DNA from: Spirochaetia bacterium
GTDB taxonomy: Bacteria > Spirochaetota > Spirochaetia > SZUA-6 > Bin103
Direction: 5' to 3'
Length of the DNA: 64,000 bases
Assembly: GCA_965208575.1 (NCBI GenBank)
Contig: CBDBOV010000001.1
Span: forward strand, 192,001 to 256,000
This document shows, one piece after another, positions 48,233 through 57,874 of this stretch. The notes beneath the pieces are model-generated. The model did no database searches and was not told the DNA's origin. It was given only the letters and a program-made list of their open reading frames with translations. The first letter of the stretch is position 1. Each line of letters opens with the position of its first letter. The position numbers were made by a program, and so were the translations under genes.

Positions 48233-51153
48233 TCCTTGACGACCACCATGATGCGGTTTTCGCTCCCCGCGCTGACGGTCAGGCGGACCGTCCCGGTGGC
48301 GCGCCCGATGGTGGCGTACATGTTGGAGTGCGGCGGCTGCGAACGCGCGCTGAAGGTGCGCAGTGAGTGCAGGTACGGACCAAACAACGCCATGCGCCGC
48401 ACCTGCTCCGTGGTGAGGCCCTCGACCGACGCGCCTGGTGGCAGCCACGCGTAGTTGAACAGGTCGATCGATCCCAACCGGTATTCGATGCTGCCGACGT
48501 GCGATCTGGTCCAAGTCCCGGTATTGTAGCGGTGTGGGGCGGGGGCCGCGGTGTTGTCCGACAGCAGGGTGGCGACCGCCCAGTTCGCCAGAACGTCCTC
48601 GAACGACACGTCGTACCCGAGACCGCGCAGCGCACCCATGATCGCCTCAATGCCGTATGCATCGCTCTGCACGATCCGGCTGAACAACTCGGCGCCGTAG
48701 GTGCGGGCCAGGTAGGCGCCGAGCGCGTAGTTGATCGAGTAGTTGGCGAGACTCCGTTCCCAGATCGTCACCCGGATGTCGTTGAAGAAGTTGAATCTGG
48801 GCAGGCGGCCGCGGCGGTTGCCCGGTTCGCCCGCGGTGGGATCGTCGTGGGCGACGCCGCGCGGTCCTCCGATGACGAGCTTGTCGGCGATCAGATCCTC
48901 TGCCACTTCGGACGCCATTTCGTTGAGCCACGTCGCGCTGGCGGCGTCGCGCAGGACTATCTTCTGGTAGAAGTGGATCATGTGCTGGAACTCGTGCGCC
49001 AGGGTTCCGATGACGGTGCTCGGCCAGCCGTCGGTCACCTCCCAGGTTTCGCCGGTACGCGCTGCCAGCAGGGCGGAGTCCAGCACGAACAGCAACCGTT
49101 CGTTCGAGAACCGGAACAGCCGGTCGTCATCCTGCCTGATGACGCTGTGCACGCCCCAGAAGAAGCCGATGATGCGGCTTTCGTCCGGTTCCGGGATGCC
49201 GTCGTCCTCGACGTCGAACAGGAGAATGTGAATCTCGCCCGCCGCCTCCGGCGGAATCAGCGCCAGTTCCTCCTCCGGCGGAGGCGGATCGTACGGACCC
49301 CACGGGGCGCCGAACACGTTCGTGACCCAGTCGTAGATGTCGTTGCCGGCGCCGGGCCGGAGAAACCGCTGCGCTGTGGCGTCCACCATCTCCTGCGTCA
49401 CGCACTTCTCGGCGCCGCCGCATTGCGCGTGCCACTCGCTGTCGGCCACCCACAGCGCCGCGGTGACGGTGCCGTCCGTGACCACCTTGCGCGCGGTGGC
49501 TGGAATCTCGACGAGGTTCCTGTCGTCGTCACGGTCGCGGAAGGTGTACCGGTCGCCCTCGGCGACCGGTACCCTCTCTTCCTGCGACTGCGCACGCAGG
49601 TTTGCGCTCTGTCCGGACGATCCGCCCAGGAACGGCGGGTGGTTGTTGAAATCCACGACCCAGTCCCGCTCGGGTGTCGGCTCGCTTACCGAGGGCCTCG
49701 GTTGCGGTTCGTATTCGGCCTCGGTCACGGCCGCGCGCCGGCCCTTGGCCTGGGCATCGAGGATGTCGAGCCGCTCGACGCTTGGATCGGCGCTGTAGGT
49801 CGCACCGTTGGTGGCAATCACGTACACGTCCGCCGAGGCGTCGCCGAGGCTCAGCGTGTACAGCGTATTGCGGAGGAGCTCGCCGTCCGGATTGAGAACG
49901 AACACCTGGTCGCCGCTGCCGCGGTAGCTGGACGAGATGGAGGGAAGAATCGGGGCCCGCTCCGCGCCCGGCACTTCGAATGTCGTGATCACTCGGCCGC
50001 TGCCGCGTCCGCCTTCGTTGCCGGGACCGGTGAACGTGCCGGAGAAGGTGCTGGTGCGGCCGTGGTTGTAGATGCTTACGATGTAGTCGATCTCTTCGAC
50101 TACGCAGCTCTCCCAGTGATTGACGCGCACCTCGTAGGGACCCGGCGGGGGAGTGCCGGCCGACCATCCGATGTGTTCGTTGCGCACAAACGGAAACTTC
50201 CCGCACGACGAGGCGATGTCGAGGACGCCGCCGCTTTCGACCCGCGGGCTGTTGAAGTAGACCTCGTCACCGTCGGGGGCCAGCACGTGCAGGTCCAGGT
50301 CGGCGTCGACATCCCACGACACGGTGATCTGCACATCGCCGCCGCCGGCCGCGACCACGTTCAGCGGGTGACACGCTGGCGGTCCGGACGCCCCGCTGTC
50401 ATCGACGGCGGTCACCTCGAGGCAGATTTCCGAGAGTGCCGGATCGAGATCGAAGGGGAGTTAGCCGGTGAGCCGATGCGGGGAGTGGGTGCTGCCCACG
50501 TCGACCTCGTAGTAGCCGAACGGCTCGCCGCCGATGGAGACCAGCAGCTTGTCCGCGGGGCGATCGGAGTCGACGTCGAGGAAGAACGACCCGCCGTTGA
50601 TGCCCACGACATTGCCGGTCAGGGCGATGGCCGGTCCGCCGCCGGGTGCCGGCACGTTCTCGAATCTCAGCCGGCCCTCCACGCCGCTGGCGGCGACGGC
50701 CGACAAGATGGTCCTGACGACGGTGGATTGTTCCACGGTGATGGTGAAATTGAGCGTCGCGGTGGCGCCCTCGGTATCCGTAGCCCGGTAGGCCATCGCG
50801 TAGTCGCCTACCTCGCTCGGCGTCCCGCTCAGGGTGCGGGCATTGGCGTCGAACGTAAGACCCGGCACGTTCGGGCTCAAGCTGTAGGTGAGGGCGCCGC
50901 GGCCCGCCGTGGCGGGGGGCAGCAGGAGTGTCGCAATCTCTCGGCCTGCCGGATAGGTGACTCCGAACTCGTCCATGGTCTCCAGGAACACCGGTGACGG
51001 TCCCTGTTCCTCCTCCGGCTTCGGTTCCTTCGATGCCGGGGTTGCGGCAGGGCAGCCGATGATGGCGAGCATGGCGAGCGCGGCCAGGAGAGCCGCGGCG
51101 AAGGTCCAGGGTCGACGGTGCCGGCGCGCACTGCGGATTAGTGTTCGTTTCAT
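48229..51153 (-). pseudogene. Ig + YfaP-like + M30 metallopeptidase lipoprotein, copy 3, with one in-frame TAA
   Basis: ORFs 50461-51153 and 48229-50415 share a frame: HRLTG*LPFDLDPAL vs paralogs HRLVGEVRFDLDPAL / YQVRGQVRFDVDP. HEFQH intact. Confidence 0.88.
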
Positions 51154-51263
51154 GTCGTAATCGTATACTTAACATAACGTCCACAGGCAGGGAACAGCTA
51201 CCCCCGGTATCGGCGCCGTGGTCCGCCGCGCGCCGCTTGCAGGCGGTGTGGTAGGGTGGCGGG

Positions 51264-52340
51264 GTGTTGAAGAACTTCCAGGTTCCCGAGGAGATCGCGG
51301 TGCGCGTGCCGGAGCAGGCGATGCGCTGGACCACCGAGCGGCTGCTGGAGGCGGTCGGCATGCCGGCGGCGGACGCGCGCCAGACGGCCGACGTGCTGAT
51401 GTACGCGGACCTGCGCGGCATCGACACGCACGGGGTCAGCAACATGCTGCGCGCCTACCTGCGCAATCTCGCCGGCGGCCAGTACAACCCGGCGCCGAAG
51501 TGGCGCATGGCGCGCGACAACAAGGCCACCTGCGTGATCGACGGCGACGGCGGGCACGGCATGGTGATCGCGCCGCTCGGCATGCGGCAGGCGATCGAGC
51601 GCGCCGCCGCGTACGGGGTGGGCAGCGTGTCGGTGATGAACTGCCGCCACCTGGGGCCCTGCTCCTACTACGCGCACATGGCGATTGAGCACCGCATGCT
51701 GGGGCAGGCGACCACCGCCGGCGGCGTTGCCATGGTGCCCACGTTCGGCACCAGGCCGCTGCTGGGGCTCAACGCGATGGCGTTCGCGGCGCCCACCGAG
51801 CGCAACCCGCCGTTCATCTACGACGCCGCGCCGAGCGTGGTGGCCGGCAACAAGCTGCAGCTCGCGCGGCGCCTCGGGCAGAGCGTGCTGCCGGGGTGGG
51901 TCGCCGACGAACACGGCAACCCGATCATGGAGGAGGTGCCGGTGCCCGACAAGCTGATGCTGCTGCCGCTGGGGTCGACGCGCGAGGGCGGCTCGCAGAA
52001 AGGGTACGCGCTGAGCGTGATCGGCGAGATCCTGACCTCGGTGCTGTGCGCCTCGGGGGCGGGCCCGCGCCGCCGCGCCGGGTCGGCGCACCACTTCCTG
52101 GCCTACGACATCGCTTCGTTCTGCGACCCGGACGAGTTCATCGCCGACCTGGACCGCTACCTGACCGACCTCCTGGAGTGCCCGGCGGTGCCCGGCGCCG
52201 GCCCGGTGCTGTACTCCGGCTACCCGGAGGCGCACACCGAGGCCGAGCGGCGGCGCGACGGCATTCCCTACCACCCGGAGGTGATCGAGTGGTTCCGGGG
52301 CGCCGCCGCCGAGCACGGCGTCGCCTGGCGGCTGGACTGA
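51264..52340 (+). CDS. Ldh_2 family (malate/L-lactate/ureidoglycolate-type) oxidoreductase
   Basis: ADLRGIDTHG, DG..G.G, A.ERA..YGVG.V.V.N..HLG, LG.N..AFA.P, LLPLG...SQKGYAL. Confidence 0.92.
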   Translation: MLKNFQVPEEIAVRVPEQAMRWTTERLLEAVGMPAADARQTADVLMYADLRGIDTHGVSNMLRAYLRNLAGGQYNPAPKWRMARDNKATCVIDGDGGHGMVIAPLGMRQAIERAAAYGVGSVSVMNCRHLGPCSYYAHMAIEHRMLGQATTAGGVAMVPTFGTRPLLGLNAMAFAAPTERNPPFIYDAAPSVVAGNKLQLARRLGQSVLPGWVADEHGNPIMEEVPVPDKLMLLPLGSTREGGSQKGYALSVIGEILTSVLCASGAGPRRRAGSAHHFLAYDIASFCDPDEFIADLDRYLTDLLECPAVPGAGPVLYSGYPEAHTEAERRRDGIPYHPEVIEWFRGAAAEHGVAWRLD

Positions 52341-52680
52341 CCGCCCGGTCCGTTCGGACCGTCCGGACCGTTCGGCGCGTGCCCTATTGCCTCACGTAAA
52401 AATCTAACCTTACGGTGAGCGTGCCTCACGTAAGAATCTAACCGAAAGGGAGGCGGAGAACGAGGGGGGAGCGCGAGGGGGGAGACTCATAAATTGTGGA
52501 TAAGTGGATAGGCTGCTGGGCGACCGGCCGGGTTGATTCAAGCACACCAACGCGACCGGGGGCGTATCTGGTTGGTCGGCGCGGATGAGGAGGCGTCAAC
52601 GGCAGGGAGGTGGTCGGTGCCGTGTCGTGTCGCTGACCGAAGAGGGGGCGGACGGGTCTGGAGGCGACTTCGGTGCTGGT

Positions 52681-52744
52681 GACACGGGGATGTCCAGACA
52701 CCACCTCGTGTCGCGGAGAGGCCTTACAGCGCGGCTGAGGCGAC
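52681..52744 (+). repeat. 64-bp direct repeat copy 1 (60/64 identical to 54653-54716)
   Basis: gacacgggg.t.tccagacaccacctcgtgtcg.ggag.ggccttacagcgcggctgaggcgac. Confidence 0.92.
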
Positions 52745-52960
52745 ATTTCTTGACGCCGACCGTCTGGCTCACGGATATACGGGCGTCAGAGACGCTCAGA
52801 AGTCATTTGCCGAGCCGGGTGATGCCGCCCACGCCGCGATCGGCGCGCAGGTTGCTGCGGAGCGCACGGAGCGAGGCGCCCCGGACAACTGCACCGAGGT
52901 GCGTTGCCCGGGGCAGGGTCATGACAATTCCCCACCGCCGGGACGGGGTAGGCGACGAGG

Positions 52961-54634
52961 TTGCGACACCGGAGCCGTCGGGATCGAACGGGGCGGAGGA
53001 GATGCTGTACCCCGCTGACGGACGGAGGGCGTAGCCCGACCGGAGTCAGCCGGCGCGGTGCCGTGGAGGCCACCGTGGACGACGCCGAGATGGCGGACCA
53101 GGCAGCCAAGCTGCTCGCTTCCGGGATGAGCGGCTCAGCCTGCGCTCGCGAACTCGGCATCCCGGTGAGCACCTTCAACGAGAACCGCCGCGCCGGCGTC
53201 ATCACAGATCCCACCCGGGAGCCCGCCGCCAGCGCCGAGGTTGCGCCGGCGGCCACCACCACTGATCACCCGGTCAGCACCGCCGCCGCGGTCAGCGACC
53301 CGGCGGTCGCCACTGAGCGCGCCAGCCGCGACGCCCGCGACAAGCACGCGCCCATGGGCCGCGCGGCGCGCGACGTGGAACGCCGCACGCTCGCCAGAGC
53401 CGGCCTGCTGACCGAGGCCACACCAGCGTTCGTCGAGCCCGCCCACGCGGTCGCTGGCGGCGGCGTGCTGGCCGCACTGGCGATGCTGCTGCGCGAGGGC
53501 CTGCTCACCGCCGCCAACCGCCTGTTCCGCCTGCCGGCCGGATTCTACGGCCTGACCACCATCCTCCTGTTCGTCGCCTGCATGACCCTGGCCCGGGTGC
53601 GCAACCCCGAGAGCCTGCGCTACCAGGCACCCGGCGAGTGGGGCGCCATCCTCGGCCTCGACCGCTGTCCGGAGACCAAGACGCTGCGCCGCAAGATCAG
53701 GCTGCTGGCCAGCGCCGAGCACACCGTGCGCGATTGGCAATCGGTACTGGCGCGTACCTGGGCCAGCGAGCACGACGACGACTGGACGACGCTGGCCGTG
53801 GATGGCCACGTGAAGGTGTACACCGGGCGCAACGGGCGGTTGCCGAAACACTTCGTCGCACGCCAGAAGCTGTGTCTGCCGGCGTCGGTGAGCTACTGGA
53901 TCAACGCCCTCGGCGGCGCACCGCTGCTGTGCCTGCACAAGGCGCTGGACCCGAAGCCGGTGAATGCGATCAAGCACGACGTGGTGCCGCAGTTGCAGCA
54001 CCTGGGGGTGGTGACCGAAGCGGCCCCCGACCTGACCGGAGCACCGGCCGGTACCCCGCAGCTGACCCTGGTGTTCGACCGCGAGGGCTGGAGCCCGGAC
54101 CTGTTCAAGCGCCTGGCCCGGCGTGGCATCGCCTGCATCACCTGGCACAAGAACTTCAACGGCGCGGACTGGCTGCCGGAAGACTTCCACACCTTCGAGG
54201 TACCGATCCATGGTCCCGCCGGCACCAGCACGACTGCGGTTGATCTGGCCGAGCAGCCGATCATGCTGCGCAACGGGCTGGTGGTGCGCCAGATCCGGCG
54301 GCGTCTGGCCAACGGTCGTCAGGTGGCGGTGATCACCACGCACCCGCAGATGCCGTTGGCGCAGGTCGCCGGCGCCATGTTCTCGCGCTGGTCGCAGGAG
54401 AACTTCTTCAAGTACCTGCGCGAGCAGTTCAACCTTGACGCGCTGCCGAGCCATGACCTTGCGCCGCCGGAGCCCGACGCACGGGTCGTGAACCGGTGCG
54501 CCGGGCCCTGGAAAAGAGCATCAGGCGGGTACGCAGCCGGCTGGCAGCGGTCCGCAATCGCCTCGCCGAGGCACTGCAGGGACGGCACCGGGACTCCGCC
54601 ACCCGGCTTACGGTCGCGGATAAAGTTGCACTGA
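52961..54634 (+). pseudogene. Truncated putative transposase (Transposase_29-like)
   Basis: VDGHVKVY.G....PK, LVFDREGWS, AMFSRWSQENFFKY; frameshift at ~54495 and abrupt end at ~54630. Confidence 0.7.
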
Positions 54635-54652
54635 ATTGCATGGTTATGCATA

Positions 54653-54716
54653 GACACGGGGGTATCCAGACACCACCTCGTGTCGTGGAGGGGCCTTACA
54701 GCGCGGCTGAGGCGAC
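54653..54716 (+). repeat. 64-bp direct repeat copy 2
   Basis: Matches 52681-52744. Confidence 0.92.
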
Positions 54717-54776
54717 GTTTTCTCATCGCTGACCGCCCATTCTCCGATTATCGACCGTCAGACCCGCCTGAGAGGG

Positions 54777-56051
54777 TCATTTTGCCGTGCGACCGCTGCC
54801 ACCACGCTCCTCGCTCGGTGTTTGCACCGTGCTTGGTGCGGCCTTGGCGGTCTTGCTGACGTTCAGCTGCAGCAGATCCTCGGTCAACCTGGTCAGCTCG
54901 CGCTTGAGGGCGACCGGATTCAACGTCGCGTACTGCTGCTTGAGGCGGTTCTTCACCTTCTCGCTCACCGACTCGGAGGCCAGCATGCGGTGATACGGCG
55001 TCTGCGGGTCGTCATAGATGCGGCGCACCTTGCTGCCGGTGCGGGTTTTCTTCACCAGCTTCACCGAGGGATAGAAGAAGTTCACCAGCAGGCACAGCGG
55101 GCGGTATATCGCGTTGAGGGCAGCCAGTTCCCGGTCGGTGTCGTAACGCAGGTGGCCGACCGCCCGTCGCACCACGTGGCCATTCTTCTGCTCGACGTAG
55201 CAGGTGTCGTTCTTGCGATGCGGGCGACCCCGAGTGAACGTGATGCCGTGCGCTTCGCAATAGCGCAGCAAATGATGATTGATGAACTCGCTGCCGTTGT
55301 CGGTGTCGATCCCCCGCATCACGATCGGCAGGCTCTGCCGGGCAGCGTCGATCGCCTCGTGGGTCCAGCGCTGCGCCTTGTTCTGCACGCCGTACAGGTC
55401 GACCCAGCCGGTGTCAACGTCGGTGATGGTGAGCGTGTGGCAGAAGTCGCCTGACGCGTTGCCGCCTTCATGGCCCACCAAGTCGATCTCGAAGAAGCCC
55501 GGCTCCTGCTCGTCCCAGTCAGCGAAGGTTCGGATCGCGATCTGATCCTTCAGGAGGGTGCCCGGCTTGGTGTGCGTGCGACCCTTCAGGCGCAGCCGTG
55601 CGCGCTCCTGCTGCAGCAGCCGGTCGATGGTCGCGGCGCTGATGGTCTGCAGCTTGCCGCGCACCGCTGCGGTCAGCTCGATCTCGCCGAACGACTCCAG
55701 CGTCGGCAGCATGGTGCGCAGCACGACCACCAGGCGCTTGCCGCACATGCAGTCGAACACGTACCAGATCAGCTTCAGAGCGACCAGCACCTCCTGGTCG
55801 TAGCGCCGCGGTCGCACGCGGCGCTGGGCAGGCCGCGGACGCCCGACCACCAGCTTCACCAGTGTGCCGTCGACTCGCACCATGCGGGTCCGTCCCCACC
55901 AGGTCAACAGATGGATCGCGTACTTGCGCTGGTACCCGGTCGACTCGACGAACTCGTCGAGTATGCGCCCCTTCTCCTTCTTGCCCGCCCGACGATACCG
56001 CTGCGCGTGCTGCTCGGTGAGCTCTCGCCTTGAACTCATCTTCAACCCCAT
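54777..56051 (-). CDS. DDE transposase with rve integrase core (ISNCY-like)
   Basis: RYRRAGKKEKGRILDEF..TGY.RKYAI.LL; ISAATIDRLL; PGFFEIDLVGH; GIDTDNGSEF; RGRP..KND..VEQKN. Confidence 0.92.
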   Translation of the reverse strand: MGLKMSSRRELTEQHAQRYRRAGKKEKGRILDEFVESTGYQRKYAIHLLTWWGRTRMVRVDGTLVKLVVGRPRPAQRRVRPRRYDQEVLVALKLIWYVFDCMCGKRLVVVLRTMLPTLESFGEIELTAAVRGKLQTISAATIDRLLQQERARLRLKGRTHTKPGTLLKDQIAIRTFADWDEQEPGFFEIDLVGHEGGNASGDFCHTLTITDVDTGWVDLYGVQNKAQRWTHEAIDAARQSLPIVMRGIDTDNGSEFINHHLLRYCEAHGITFTRGRPHRKNDTCYVEQKNGHVVRRAVGHLRYDTDRELAALNAIYRPLCLLVNFFYPSVKLVKKTRTGSKVRRIYDDPQTPYHRMLASESVSEKVKNRLKQQYATLNPVALKRELTRLTEDLLQLNVSKTAKAAPSTVQTPSEERGGSGRTAK

Positions 56052-56218
56052 CTCCTCCGGAACCTCCTCACGTCCCTCGGAGAGGCTCCAACCGGACCCG
56101 GAAGGTCCAGCCCGTTCGGTTAGATTTTTAGATGAGGCATGCTTTCGCTACGGTTAGATTTTCGATGAGTCAATGCGCGTGCTGGCCAGCACCGGCGCGC
56201 GGCAGTATTATTGTGCGC

Positions 56219-56788
56219 ATGCAACGAAGTCGTCTCTGCGCGGTTCTTATTGTGCTGCTGGCGTTCGTCGTCAGCCCCCTGTTCGCCCAGTTCGAGGATC
56301 GCGATACGCTGATCGGGCTCGACGTGGGCGGGCCGGTGTTCGGAGTCTACTCGGGGTCGTTCGAGCAGGTGCTGCTGGACGACGTGAGCATCTACGTTCG
56401 CGTAGGCTACGAGAATCCCGAGTACAGCCTGCTGTACCGGGAGTCGATCAATGAAGCGTGGGATCTCTGGTCGATCGACGGCCAGATCGGCGCCAACTAC
56501 TATCCGCAGAATCTCGCGCCGGAGGGCGTGTACGCCGGCGTCGGGCTGCGGCCGGCCTTCGTGCGGGTAAGCGACGGCGACACCGAGGAGGAAACCTTCA
56601 CGCTCGGGTTCACCACCCAGTTGGGGTACCGGTTCGTGGTCGGCTCGGTCGTGTTCGGGCCCTACGGCAGGATGGCGTACGCCTGGGCATTCGACGCCCT
56701 GCCCGACTTCGGCGGCGAGGAGATCCTGAGCGGGTTCGGCTCCGGGTTCCTGCTCAGCGCGGGCATCGACGTCAGCATCGCGTTCTGA
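56219..56788 (+). CDS. Small outer-membrane beta-barrel protein (DUF3575-like)
   Basis: Signal peptide ending PLFA-Q; alternating beta strands; terminal DVSIAF. Confidence 0.8.
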   Translation: MQRSRLCAVLIVLLAFVVSPLFAQFEDRDTLIGLDVGGPVFGVYSGSFEQVLLDDVSIYVRVGYENPEYSLLYRESINEAWDLWSIDGQIGANYYPQNLAPEGVYAGVGLRPAFVRVSDGDTEEETFTLGFTTQLGYRFVVGSVVFGPYGRMAYAWAFDALPDFGGEEILSGFGSGFLLSAGIDVSIAF

Positions 56789-56812
56789 GCGCGCCGGAGG
56801 CTGCCCGGCATC

Positions 56813-57874
56813 TTGGCTGTTCCACTTCGGCCACCCGCCGCTGCCGTCGGGGCCTTGCTGCTGGCCGCGGCCGGTACGGTGTTGACGGGGTGCCGCGGCG
56901 ATTACCGGGAATACCGGGTCGGCGATCGCTCCGTCGACCGCCAGGTGCGTGGGTTGCTGACGCTGCTGGAGCAGGAACGAGGGGGAGCCGACCGGCGGTT
57001 CGTGATTGTCCAGGAGATATCGAAGACACTGCGCGCGGCCGGTGCGCCGCGCCGCCAGTTGCTGTTTCTGGCCACCTACGTGGAGACCCACCCGGCGGAC
57101 CCCTACAATGCGTACTACCTGATGGCGGTAGCCGAGGGGTATCGCGAACTGGGGCAGGATCCGCTGGCAGCGCACTACTACGAGCGCATTCTGCGAAACT
57201 ACACCGACGCCGCGGTGCGCGGGCGGTCGATCCACCTGACCGCGCTGGGCGAGCTGATCGCGCTGGAGGAGGACCCGCGGCGCCTGGTGGGGTTCTACCA
57301 GGAACTGATCGGCCGGTTCGGCGATACCATCGACGTGGGGCGCAGCCACTTCTTCCTGGGCCGCGCCTACGAGGCGGTCGGCGAGTGGGAGCAGGCGGTG
57401 GCCGCCTACCAGGTGTACCTGCAGCATCCCGACACGGAGATACCCGGCTTTCCGCACGGGCGCCGCGAGGTGCTCGGCAAGGTCAACCTGCACTTTTCGG
57501 ACAAGAGCTGGATCATGGACGACCTGGACGCCCTGGTGAGCGCCATCAAGCGGGCGGTGACGCTGCGCGATCGGCGCGCGGTGCAGCGCCTGCGCTCCCA
57601 GGCCGGCTTCTTCGCCAAGTCGTGGGAGCAGCAGGTGGCCGACGAGATGGTGGGCCCGGTGTTCGACCTGTCCGCGTTCTCGCTGTCGAAGGTGCGCTTC
57701 GACGACGCGTTCGACGCCGACTCGACCGCCAGCGAGGCGTTCATCCGCACCACCGGTTGGTCGTACCGGGTCAAGACCTGGTACCTGTACTTCCGGCGGA
57801 TCGATTTCAAGGCCGATCCGGAGATCGATGGCGGCTGGGAGTGGGCCGGCATCTTCCTGGGCGAAAAACGATGA
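56813..57874 (+). CDS. Tetratricopeptide-repeat lipoprotein
   Basis: Lipobox LTGC; DPYNAYYL..VA..Y, FFLGRAYE..GEWEQA..AY; WYLYFRRI.F.ADPEI.G.WEWAGI.LGEK. Confidence 0.85.
   Translation: MAVPLRPPAAAVGALLLAAAGTVLTGCRGDYREYRVGDRSVDRQVRGLLTLLEQERGGADRRFVIVQEISKTLRAAGAPRRQLLFLATYVETHPADPYNAYYLMAVAEGYRELGQDPLAAHYYERILRNYTDAAVRGRSIHLTALGELIALEEDPRRLVGFYQELIGRFGDTIDVGRSHFFLGRAYEAVGEWEQAVAAYQVYLQHPDTEIPGFPHGRREVLGKVNLHFSDKSWIMDDLDALVSAIKRAVTLRDRRAVQRLRSQAGFFAKSWEQQVADEMVGPVFDLSAFSLSKVRFDDAFDADSTASEAFIRTTGWSYRVKTWYLYFRRIDFKADPEIDGGWEWAGIFLGEKR

Larger units (their letters stand above)
52383..56174. mobile_element. 3.8-kb transposon with doubled ~22-bp inverted terminal motifs
   Basis: Left: ttgcctcacgtaaaaatctaacc-12bp-tgcctcacgtaagaatctaacc. 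Right (reverse complement): ttgactcatcgaaaatctaacc-12bp-tgcctcatctaaaaatctaacc. Flanking gcgcgtgc at 52375-52382 and 56175-56182. Confidence 0.82.

Noticed and set aside
50461-50463. Stop-codon recoding (Sec, Pyl or alternative code) in peptidase copy 3
   Set aside because: The codon is TAA, which serves as a real stop in trpL, trpA and trxA. A nonsense mutation is the simpler explanation.
52495-52503. DnaA box as a sign of a replication origin
   Set aside because: It is a single box inside a transposon end region, with no cluster, no AT-rich unwinding element and no dnaA gene.
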